From: Candidatus Saccharimonadota bacterium
GTDB lineage: Bacteria > Patescibacteriota > Saccharimonadia > Saccharimonadales > UBA4665
Assembly: GCA_963716945.1 (NCBI GenBank)
Contig: OY970322.1
Location: 330,001-362,000, forward strand
Direction: 5' to 3'
DNA length: 32,000 bases
In this document: one piece after another, positions 14,673 through 21,485 of the stretch
Numbering within the stretch: the first letter of the stretch is position 1
How the letters are laid out: each line of letters begins with the position of its first letter
Notes under the pieces: generated by a model
What the model saw: only the letters and a program-made list of their open reading frames with translations
The model's database searches: none
Told to the model about the DNA's origin: nothing
Made by a program: the position numbers and the translations under genes

Positions 14673-16304
14673 ATGACCGACCTGGAAATCCCGTTTCCCC
14701 AAGACCGCCACGGCCACTACCGCTTCTTCGAAATCCTACCCGGCTTCCTGAGCTGGACCCTTATCCTGGCGCCCCTCATCCTGAGTTTCATAAACGTTAC
14801 GCTGGCGGTCTTCTTTATCCTGATGTACCTGTTGATTTTCTTCGTCAGGGGGCTGGCTTACTCCAGCCGGGCAATTTCCGGCTACCGCGCCATGAAACAG
14901 CAGATGAAACTCGACTGGAACGCCTTGGCTGCCGACATTGACGCCGGCAAAGTCACCGGCGGCAGCGCCCAGCGCCCCAAATGGCACCTCAAGAACCTGA
15001 GGTTGCTCGGCAACCGCGCCTTGCCGCTGAAACCGTCCGAACTGACCCATGCCGTCATCATCGCCACCGTCAACGAGAGCCGGGAAGTGCTTGAACCCAC
15101 CATCCAGGCCATCCTCGACGGCGACTACGACGCCAAGCGCCTGATCCTGGTCATCGCCTACGAAGGCCGTGCCGGCCACGAGTCCGAAGAGCGGGTCCGC
15201 GAGCTGATCGGCCTGTACGGCGGCAGATTTCTCCACGCCATGGCCGTCAAGCATCCGCCCGACCTGCCCGGCGAAATCATCGGCAAAGGCGGCAACATCA
15301 CCTACGCCGGCCGCGCCCTGCAAAAGTATCTGAAAAAGGAAAACTACGACCCGACCCGCGTCATAGTCACCACCCTGGATGCCGACAACCGTCCCGACAA
15401 ACGTTACTTCGCCGCCCTGAGCTACCTCTACTGCGTCGTACCGAACCCGTTGCGCGCCTCCTACCAGCCGATCCCGATGTTCACCAACAACATCTGGGAC
15501 GCCCCGACCATGATGCGGGTTATCGCCACCGGCAACAACCTGTTCTACATCGTCGGTACGCAGCGCCTGCACATGATCCGCAATTTCTCGGCCCACGCCC
15601 AGCCGATGAGCGCCCTGATTGACATGGACTTCTGGAGCGTGCGCACCATCGTCGAGGACGGCCACCATTTCTGGCGGTCCTATTTCTGCTACGACGGCGA
15701 TTACCGGGTTTATCCGTTGAGCATCCCGATCTACCAGGACGCCGTGCTGGCTGACGGTTACCTCAGGACTATCCGGGCCCAGTTCATCCAGCTGCGCCGC
15801 TGGACCTACGGCGCTTCCGACATCGCCTATATTGCCGACAAGGGTTTCTGGCACAAGAACAAAGCCCCCAAAGCCGACGTCCTGTCCAAACTGCTGCGCG
15901 CCCTGGAGGGCCATGTCACCTGGGCGACCGGCACGATACTGATCCTCGGCGCCGCTTTCATCCCGCCGCTGCTGCACCCGCAAAACCTGGCCGCCAACGA
16001 GCTGCCGCTAATCGTCAGGAACGTCCAGCGGGTGGCTATCGCCGGCACGCTGGTCCTGGTCTACGTCTGCTTGGTAACTTTGCCGCCGCGGCCCGCCCGC
16101 TACAAGCGCCACCGTTCGGTCCTGATGCTCGCCCAGTGGGCGCTGATCCCGGTTACCAGTATCTGTTTCGGCTCGCTGGCGGCCTTCAACTCGCAGACCC
16201 GCCTGATGTTCAAACGCTACCTGACACGTTTCGACGTCACGGAGAAGGCCACCATCACCGCCGCCGGCGTCAAACACAGCACCGAAGCCGACCCCGGGAA
16301 GTAA
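14673..16304 (+). CDS. Membrane-embedded family-2 glycosyltransferase, processive synthase type (cellulose/chitin/hyaluronan-synthase-like)
   Basis: N- and C-terminal TM helices flank a cytoplasmic GT-A domain. The domain carries the motifs TLDADNRP (DxD), EDGHHFWR (ED) and QLRRWTYG (Q/RxxRW). Confidence 0.8.
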   Translation: MTDLEIPFPQDRHGHYRFFEILPGFLSWTLILAPLILSFINVTLAVFFILMYLLIFFVRGLAYSSRAISGYRAMKQQMKLDWNALAADIDAGKVTGGSAQRPKWHLKNLRLLGNRALPLKPSELTHAVIIATVNESREVLEPTIQAILDGDYDAKRLILVIAYEGRAGHESEERVRELIGLYGGRFLHAMAVKHPPDLPGEIIGKGGNITYAGRALQKYLKKENYDPTRVIVTTLDADNRPDKRYFAALSYLYCVVPNPLRASYQPIPMFTNNIWDAPTMMRVIATGNNLFYIVGTQRLHMIRNFSAHAQPMSALIDMDFWSVRTIVEDGHHFWRSYFCYDGDYRVYPLSIPIYQDAVLADGYLRTIRAQFIQLRRWTYGASDIAYIADKGFWHKNKAPKADVLSKLLRALEGHVTWATGTILILGAAFIPPLLHPQNLAANELPLIVRNVQRVAIAGTLVLVYVCLVTLPPRPARYKRHRSVLMLAQWALIPVTSICFGSLAAFNSQTRLMFKRYLTRFDVTEKATITAAGVKHSTEADPGK

Positions 16305-16356
16305 TATCCAAAAACCGATTACTGAATCACCAAAATTTATGTTATAGTTTGCCCTT

Positions 16357-16971
16357 ATGAAAACAGGTTCGGAGTACGCCTTATCCGCGGATAAGGACGC
16401 TTTCAATTCCGCGGTTGCGCATGCCTTGGCCCCCCTGGCCCTAGCCAGCCGGGCCGTATTGGGGCGTAGCCTGGAAGGACGGCCCGGCGAAGACTTTGAA
16501 CTTGACTTTGACCAGGAACGCCTGGGGGCGAACGGGGAAGTCTTCCTGATCCATAAATTGCGCACGCTTGACGACGAAACCGGCGAGCCGCTCAACCGGA
16601 CGGCTGAACTTTTCCGCCGTAACGGCATAGATGAACTGGCGCAAGTCCGCAACGTCTTGGCCGGTGAAATGAACATCATCGCCCACCGTCCGCTGCCCTT
16701 AGACCTCCAGGAAATGGTTTTCCATTACGCCAGGCCGAGCTGGGTCCGCATCTGGCACGAAGTTGTCGGTCCGGAGAAACCGGGTATGGCCAGCAGTTTC
16801 TCATTGGCTAACCACAGGGAAGCGCTTGATCCGAAGCGGCCGGATACGGTTAAGTCCAGGGCCGACGATCTGCTGCGGTCCGATATCCGCGACCACTTAG
16901 GAGGCTCCCTGGTTCGCGACGTTTCCATGCTGGGCAAGGTCATGGCTGCCATGGTCAGAGGCGAAATGTAG
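16357..16971 (+). CDS. Divergent small phosphoglycosyl transferase (bacterial sugar transferase, PglC/WbaP-like) with a weakly hydrophobic N-terminal helix
   Basis: Aligns by eye with the PglC core: FDQERLGANGEVFLIHKLRTL (Q.R.G..G..F.I.KFRTM), GIDELAQVRNVLAGEMNIIAHRPLP (sLDELPQl.NVL.GdMS.VGPRP) and EKPGM (PGiTG). TATAGT at 16343-16348 lies 8 nt upstream of the ATG, so the mRNA looks leaderless. Confidence 0.55.
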   Translation: MKTGSEYALSADKDAFNSAVAHALAPLALASRAVLGRSLEGRPGEDFELDFDQERLGANGEVFLIHKLRTLDDETGEPLNRTAELFRRNGIDELAQVRNVLAGEMNIIAHRPLPLDLQEMVFHYARPSWVRIWHEVVGPEKPGMASSFSLANHREALDPKRPDTVKSRADDLLRSDIRDHLGGSLVRDVSMLGKVMAAMVRGEM

Positions 16972-17001
16972 CCCGCCCAAAACCGGCATCCGCAGATTCG
17001 T

Positions 17002-17406
17002 CTAAAGCTTATGAAATGCCCGGTAGTGCGTACCGGCCGCTTGATCGAAACGTATTAGCGCTACTTCGGCCACGGCGGCGATATTCTGTCCGCTGACTGT
17101 GCCGCCGGCCACATGGGCCGGCAGCTTAGCTATAACCGTACTTGTCAGGCCCTTGGCGTCTTCCAGGGCCGATGGGCGGTGTTCGCAGCTCCGGTAGAGG
17201 CTTAAGAACAACTTATCGCGCGAAAAGGGCCGCAAGCCCCCGCTTTTGCCGCGGACCGCCCAGGCGCCGCCGTATTGGGCCGTTTCGGCGGTCGTGAAAA
17301 GGGCCCCGCAGTCCAGGCACTGCCGCCGGCGCCAAACCTGGTTGTTCCGGCTTTGCCGCCGCGAGTTCACGACCTTAGTTTTGCCGCCACAATGTATGCA
17401 AACCAT
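17002..17406 (-). CDS. nrdR: Transcriptional repressor NrdR (zinc ribbon + ATP-cone)
   Basis: Start trimmed from 17469 to the ATG at 17406. The N-terminus reads MVCIHCGGKTKVVNSRRQSRNNQVWRRRQCLDCGALFTT (CxxC...CxxC), followed by an ATP-cone-like region. Confidence 0.85.
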   Translation of the reverse strand: MVCIHCGGKTKVVNSRRQSRNNQVWRRRQCLDCGALFTTAETAQYGGAWAVRGKSGGLRPFSRDKLFLSLYRSCEHRPSALEDAKGLTSTVIAKLPAHVAGGTVSGQNIAAVAEVALIRFDQAAGTHYRAFHKL

Positions 17407-17421
17407 GTCAATATATTGACA
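17406..17421. promoter_or_regulatory. Perfect 16-bp palindrome TGTCAATATATTGACA, NrdR-box-like, overlapping the nrdR start codon
   Basis: Verified as a perfect palindrome by reverse-complementing it. The core CAATATATTG matches the core of the published NrdR-box consensus (CwAtATaTwG). The flanking triplets differ from that consensus. Confidence 0.45.
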
Positions 17422-17467
17422 CACAGCTATTAATAAAGCCAGTGGATAAACCGGTCCGAAACGGTGC

Positions 17468-17503
17468 AAAACAAAAACCCCGCAAGACTTAATGTCCCCG
17501 GGG
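17468..17503 (-). terminator. Rho-independent terminator-like hairpin on the minus strand, upstream of nrdR
   Basis: Minus-strand RNA CCCCGGGGAC-AUUAA-GUCUUGCGGGG forms 10 bp with one bulge. It is followed by UUUUUGUUUU. Confidence 0.5.
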
Positions 17504-17674
17504 CGGCGCTGCGGTCACCGCTGTTCGCTGGGCCGGCGCCTACTTGGTCGAAGCGGCGGGCCGGAGGCGGCGAATACGGTTGTTCCTGGGCTTGGAGGAG
17601 ATAAGCTCCTCGTAAAACAGCTGAAAGGCGTCTAAAGCGCTACTATTACGAATACCAAAACATCCCTGTTTAAC
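17468..17674 (-). ncRNA. Candidate ~205-nt structured RNA or cis-regulatory leader (class unknown)
   Basis: Bounded by the promoter TTGACT(17704-17709)-17-TAGGAT(17681-17686) on the minus strand and the terminator at 17468-17503. No ORF of 60 aa or more. GC-rich hairpins are present, e.g. GAGGAG-cuuau-CUCCUC. Confidence 0.3.
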
Positions 17675-17754
17675 CGATCTATCCTACCAAACATACATAT
17701 ACCAGTCAATACTTTGGCCCTAAACGCTAGTGCTTATAACAGGGGCGGTAAAGC

Positions 17755-17782
17755 AAAAATCCAGCCCCAGGGGCCGGATTTT
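17755..17782 (-). terminator. Rho-independent terminator downstream of tRNA-Val
   Basis: Minus-strand RNA AAAAUCCGGCCCCUGGGGCUGGAUUUUU. The stem is better on the minus strand, where a G-U pair replaces the plus-strand A-C mismatch, and a U5 run follows. Confidence 0.6.
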
Positions 17783-17793
17783 AATTAACTAGC

Positions 17794-17870
17794 TGGTGGG
17801 CGATATAGGATTCGAACCTATCACCTCCGCAACGTCAATGCGGCGCTCTAGCCAAATGAGCTAATCGCCC
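17794..17870 (-). tRNA. tRNA-Val (anticodon GAC), CCA encoded
   Basis: The reverse complement folds as acceptor GGGCGAT/ATCGCCC, D arm GCTC..GAGC, anticodon stem CCGCA/TGCGG with loop TTGACGT, T arm ATAGG-TTCGAAT-CCTAT. Confidence 0.9.
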
Positions 17871-18038
17871 TCTAACAGAGTATAAGTTACATTAATTCCG
17901 GCCGGAACGCAACCGCAACACCTATGGCATCGGGCGAAAATTAAATTTGACGCCAAGCATGACGTCATCCCGAAATAGTTATCCCCATGTTGAAATGTCG
18001 TAATTACAGCATAAATAGGCTAGCCTTATAGTACTAAC

Positions 18039-18147
18039 GCTGCTATGATACTTCGTAGGTGAAGTTTTGCCGAGATTGTTTTACCTCGTCGGAACGAGCT
18101 AAAGAGGGTTGAATGGCTTGCGAGATCATTCGACCCTTTTTTGTTTT
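18039..18147 (+). ncRNA. Candidate ~110-nt small RNA or upstream attenuator (class unknown)
   Basis: Promoter TTACAG(18004-18009)-17-TATAGT(18027-18032); an alternative is TTGAAA(17990-17995)-16-TAAATA. Internal hairpins lie at 18056-18085 and 18085-18098. A strong terminator ends the unit at 18105-18147. Only tiny ORFs are present. Confidence 0.3.
18105..18147 (+). terminator. Strong rho-independent terminator
   Basis: An 11-bp stem AGGGTTGAATG/CATTCGACCCT with an 11-nt loop, followed by TTTTTGTTTT. Confidence 0.75.
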
Positions 18148-18173
18148 GCCGGTGCCGATGCTACAATAAGGTT

Positions 18174-18340
18174 GAGCGTTGACGTGGACTAACCAGCCGC
18201 CGAGCTCCGCCGGGGTGGCGACAACGTGCGTAAACGTAGTCGCAAGAGTAAACGTCGAGGTGGAACCTCCTGAACCAGCAGGACCGAGACACTTGAGATT
18301 AAATACCGTGCGAGAGTATTGAATCCAAGTGTCTTTTTAT
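18174..18340 (+). promoter_or_regulatory. T-box riboswitch leader of thrS (antiterminator/terminator type)
   Basis: T-box-like GTCGAGG-TGGAACC-TCCTG. The 7-nt bulge UGGAACC is at 18261-18267. Helix A2 is TCCTG/CAGGA. The 3' strand CCGAGAC overlaps the 5' arm of a terminator (GAGACACTTG ... CAAGTGTCT + TTTTTATTT, 18286-18340). TACAAT at 18162-18167 may serve as the -10. The specifier codon was not resolved. Confidence 0.65.
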
Positions 18341-18367
18341 TTATAAAATTTTTGAGGAGACAACAAC

Positions 18368-20212
18368 GTGCCAGACCAACCGGACCAACTTCACGCCATG
18401 CGCCATTCGCTGGCCCACATTATGGCCGCGGCCGTGCAGCACCTCTGGCCGGAGGCCAAATTCGGGGTCGGGCCGGTGGTCGAGAACGGCTTTTATTATG
18501 ATATCGACCTCGGCGAGACTAAGGTTTCCGAAGAGGATTTCGCTAAGATCGAGGCCGAAATGCACAAGATCGTCGCTCAGGATGTGCCGTTTGAACGCTC
18601 CGAGAAGTCTATCGACGAAGCTATCGACTGGGCCAAGCAAAGCGGCCAGCCCTACAAGGAAGAGCTGCTGAATGACCTGAGACGGTCCGGCACCACTGTC
18701 GCTAAAGACCTCAACGCCGAAGAGATGGGTACTATAACCGAAGGCGAAGCCCAGGTCGGCGTGGTTTCGTTCTATAAGAACGGCGATTTCATGGACCTGT
18801 GCCGCGGCCCCCACGTCGAATCGACCGGCAAGGTCGGCGTGTTCAAGCTGCTCCGGGTCAGCGGCGCCTACTGGCGCGGCAACGACAAGAATCCCCAGAT
18901 GCAGCGGATTTACGGGGCGGCTTTCGCGACCGACAAGGAATTGAGCGAGCACCTCGAGAGACTGGAGCAGGCCAGGAAGCGCGACCACCGCAAACTGGGG
19001 CAGGAGCTGGACCTGTTCATCATCTCGCCGCTGGTCGGCTCGGGCTTGCCGCTCTTTACTCCCAGGGGTACCGTGCTGCGGGACGAACTGAACCGCTACT
19101 CGCAGGCTATCCGTAAGCGGGACGGCTGGCAAAAAGTCTGGACGCCACATATCGCCAAGAAGGAGCTCTACGAGGTGTCCGGCCACTGGGCCAAGTTCGG
19201 CGACGAATGGCTGACCGTCAAGAGCAACGAAACCAGCGACGAGCTGGTCATGAAGCCGATGAACTGCCCGCACCACCAGCAGCTCTATGCCTCGCGGCCG
19301 CGCAGCTACCGGGATTTGCCGCTGAAGTACATGGAAACAACGACCGACTACCGGGACGAGAAGGCGGGCGAACTGCTGGGGTTGGCCCGCGTACGGGCCC
19401 TGACCCAGGACGATAGCCATACTTTTTGCCGGCCCGACCAGATTCACGAGGTTATGGCCAAGCTGGTCGATATCGTGGGCGAGTTTTACAGCGTGCTCGA
19501 TTTGCCGCTGAAGGTCCGCCTGTCGTTCCGCGACGACTCGGACGGCTACCTTGGCGACAAGGAACTCTGGGACCGGGCGCAAACGATTATCCGCGAGGTG
19601 GTCGAAGCGGCCGGCCTGGAATATTACGTGGCCGAAGGCGAAGCGGCGTTTTACGGGCCCAAGATTGATTTCATAGCAACCGATGCCATGGGTCGCGAAC
19701 TGCAGGTGGCCACGCCGCAACTGGATTTCGTCCAGCCGGAACGCTTCGGCCTGAAGTACGCCGACGAAGACGGCAAAGACAAGACCCCCGTCATGGTCCA
19801 TTTCGCCCTGATGGGTTCGATCGAGCGTTTCCTGGCGGCCTATATCGAGCACACGGCCGGCCGTTTCCCGGTTTGGCTGGCGCCGGAACAGGTCCGGCTG
19901 ATTACCGTTAACCAGGAAAGCGCCACCGTGGAATTTGCTGATAAGGTCCAGTCCCAGGCCAAGGAACTCGGTATCAGGCTGGAGGTAGATAATTCCAACG
20001 AGTCGGTCGGCAAGAAGATCCGGGCCGCCGAACTGGCCAAAGTCCCCTACACCGTCGTCATCGGCGACAAGGAAATCGCCGGCGGGGAAGTGGTGCCGCG
20101 TATCCGCAAGGACATGGCCGTGATGGACGTGCCGCTGGCCGTCGGCATCGAGCAATTCCTCAAGACGGTCGCCAACGAAGCTAAGAGCCGGGTGCTTAAA
20201 ACCTCTTTGTAA
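18368..20212 (+). CDS. thrS: Threonyl-tRNA synthetase lacking the N-terminal TGS domain
   Basis: GTG start with GAGGAGA 7 nt upstream. The protein begins at the editing (N2) domain (MRHSLAHIMAAAVQHLWPEAKFGVGPVVENGFYYDIDL). Class II motifs are present (KPMNCPHH, RVRALTQDDSHTFC, GEAAFYGPKIDF), as is an anticodon-binding domain. Confidence 0.95.
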   Translation: MPDQPDQLHAMRHSLAHIMAAAVQHLWPEAKFGVGPVVENGFYYDIDLGETKVSEEDFAKIEAEMHKIVAQDVPFERSEKSIDEAIDWAKQSGQPYKEELLNDLRRSGTTVAKDLNAEEMGTITEGEAQVGVVSFYKNGDFMDLCRGPHVESTGKVGVFKLLRVSGAYWRGNDKNPQMQRIYGAAFATDKELSEHLERLEQARKRDHRKLGQELDLFIISPLVGSGLPLFTPRGTVLRDELNRYSQAIRKRDGWQKVWTPHIAKKELYEVSGHWAKFGDEWLTVKSNETSDELVMKPMNCPHHQQLYASRPRSYRDLPLKYMETTTDYRDEKAGELLGLARVRALTQDDSHTFCRPDQIHEVMAKLVDIVGEFYSVLDLPLKVRLSFRDDSDGYLGDKELWDRAQTIIREVVEAAGLEYYVAEGEAAFYGPKIDFIATDAMGRELQVATPQLDFVQPERFGLKYADEDGKDKTPVMVHFALMGSIERFLAAYIEHTAGRFPVWLAPEQVRLITVNQESATVEFADKVQSQAKELGIRLEVDNSNESVGKKIRAAELAKVPYTVVIGDKEIAGGEVVPRIRKDMAVMDVPLAVGIEQFLKTVANEAKSRVLKTSL

Positions 20213-20220
20213 GGAGTTAA

Positions 20221-20577
20221 ATGGAAGAAGTCGAAGCCGGTTTCCGGCAACGGGTGGAAGCGCTGGTAGCGCTCATACCGGCCGGCCGGGTCATGACCTA
20301 CGGCCAGCTGGCAGCGCTCTGCGGCAATGCCCGGGCCGCCCGGATCGTCGGCGGCATCGCCCACTTCGGCGACCCGGCTTTGCCGTGGCAGCGCGTAGTT
20401 AACAAGCAGGGCGGCCTGGCGGCCGGCTATCCCGGCGGCCGGTCCGGCCACAAGCAGGTCCTGGAAGCCGAGGGCGTCACGGTTTCGGACGAGTATAAGG
20501 TAGCCGTCGATAAACTGCTGTGGTGGCCGCCGCACTCCGGCCCGTCGGGGCCGCAGTTAAGGCTGATTGATGGCTAA
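20221..20577 (+). CDS. atl: Alkyltransferase-like protein (MGMT DNA-binding domain with Trp replacing the active-site Cys)
   Basis: VMTYGQLAALCGNARAARIVGGI ... ALPWQRVVN carries PWQRV where MGMT has PCHRV. AAGGAG lies upstream of the ATG. Confidence 0.7.
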   Translation: MEEVEAGFRQRVEALVALIPAGRVMTYGQLAALCGNARAARIVGGIAHFGDPALPWQRVVNKQGGLAAGYPGGRSGHKQVLEAEGVTVSDEYKVAVDKLLWWPPHSGPSGPQLRLIDG

Positions 20578-21448
20578 AACGCCGCCGCTCCTGGTCATCG
20601 TCGGCGAAACCGCTTCCGGTAAGACCGAGCTGGCAATCCGGCTGGCACGGCACTTCGGCGGCGAGATTATCTGCGCCGACAGCTGGACGGTCCGGCGCCA
20701 GGCCGACATCGGCACCGCCAAGCCGACACCGGCGGAGCGGGCTGCCGTCCCGCATCATCTGTTGGACGTCGTTAACCCTGACGAGGATTTCACGGCCGCG
20801 GTTTTTAAGAAACTGGCCAACGAGGCGATAGCCGATATTGACAGCCGGGGCCGGTTACCGATTATGGCCGGCGGCACCGGCCTGTACATTGACGGTGTGA
20901 TCTATGATTACGGTTTTTTGCCGGCCGGCGACCGGTCCGACAGGGAAGCGCTCAACAGGCTGGACACGGCCGCGCTCCTGGAGATGATAGCCGGCCTCAA
21001 GCTTGACCTCGGTGGCGTAGATGTCCGCAACAAGCGCCGGCTAATTAGGCTTATTGAAACCGGCGGCGCCCGGCCGACCCGGCAAACCCTCCGGCCCAGA
21101 ACCTTAATCATAGGTATCAAAACCGACCGGGCGGTCCTGGAAGCCCGTATCACGAAACGCTGCGACGCCATGCTGGCGGCCGGCCTGGAGGCCGAGGTCA
21201 AGCGCCTGGCCGAGCGCTACGGCTGGACTTGCGAAGCCCTCAAAGGCGTCGGCTACGCGCAGTGGCAAGGCTACTTTTCAGGTACTCAAAACCTGGCCGA
21301 AACCCGCCAAAAAATCATTAAGGCCAACCTCGATTTGGCCAAGCGCCAGCGCACCTGGTTCAAGCGTAACAAAAGTATTCAATGGTTTTCCACCCCTGTT
21401 AATTGGAATGATATTGTAGCTTCAGTGACAACATTTTTAGAGAGCTGA
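20567..21448 (+). CDS. miaA: tRNA dimethylallyltransferase
   Basis: P-loop VGETASGKT and ICADSWTVRRQADIGTAKPT (MiaA DSmQvYr..dIgTAKp pattern). The start overlaps the atl stop by 11 nt. Confidence 0.85.
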   Translation: MMAKTPPLLVIVGETASGKTELAIRLARHFGGEIICADSWTVRRQADIGTAKPTPAERAAVPHHLLDVVNPDEDFTAAVFKKLANEAIADIDSRGRLPIMAGGTGLYIDGVIYDYGFLPAGDRSDREALNRLDTAALLEMIAGLKLDLGGVDVRNKRRLIRLIETGGARPTRQTLRPRTLIIGIKTDRAVLEARITKRCDAMLAAGLEAEVKRLAERYGWTCEALKGVGYAQWQGYFSGTQNLAETRQKIIKANLDLAKRQRTWFKRNKSIQWFSTPVNWNDIVASVTTFLES

Positions 21449-21485
21449 TATTCACAATCGAACCAAACTTTGCTACACTTAACAA

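Noticed and set aside
17492-17647. 51-codon plus-strand ORF (MSPGRRCGHRCSLGRR...) and a minus-strand basic peptide frame (..ISSKPRNNRIRRLRPAASTK) preceded by GAGGAG
   Set aside because: The plus ORF has no SD and an Arg/Gly-rich shadow-like composition. The minus frame has no AUG, GUG or UUG at a workable distance from the SD-like GAGGAG, which more plausibly forms the GAGGAG/CTCCTC hairpin.
18105-18147. Possibility that the first terminator upstream of thrS belongs to a second, tandem T-box
   Set aside because: The sequence just upstream (AAAGAGGGUUGAAUGGC) has no UGGN bulge context, and the AGGGU is part of the terminator stem itself. I therefore kept it as an element of unknown class.
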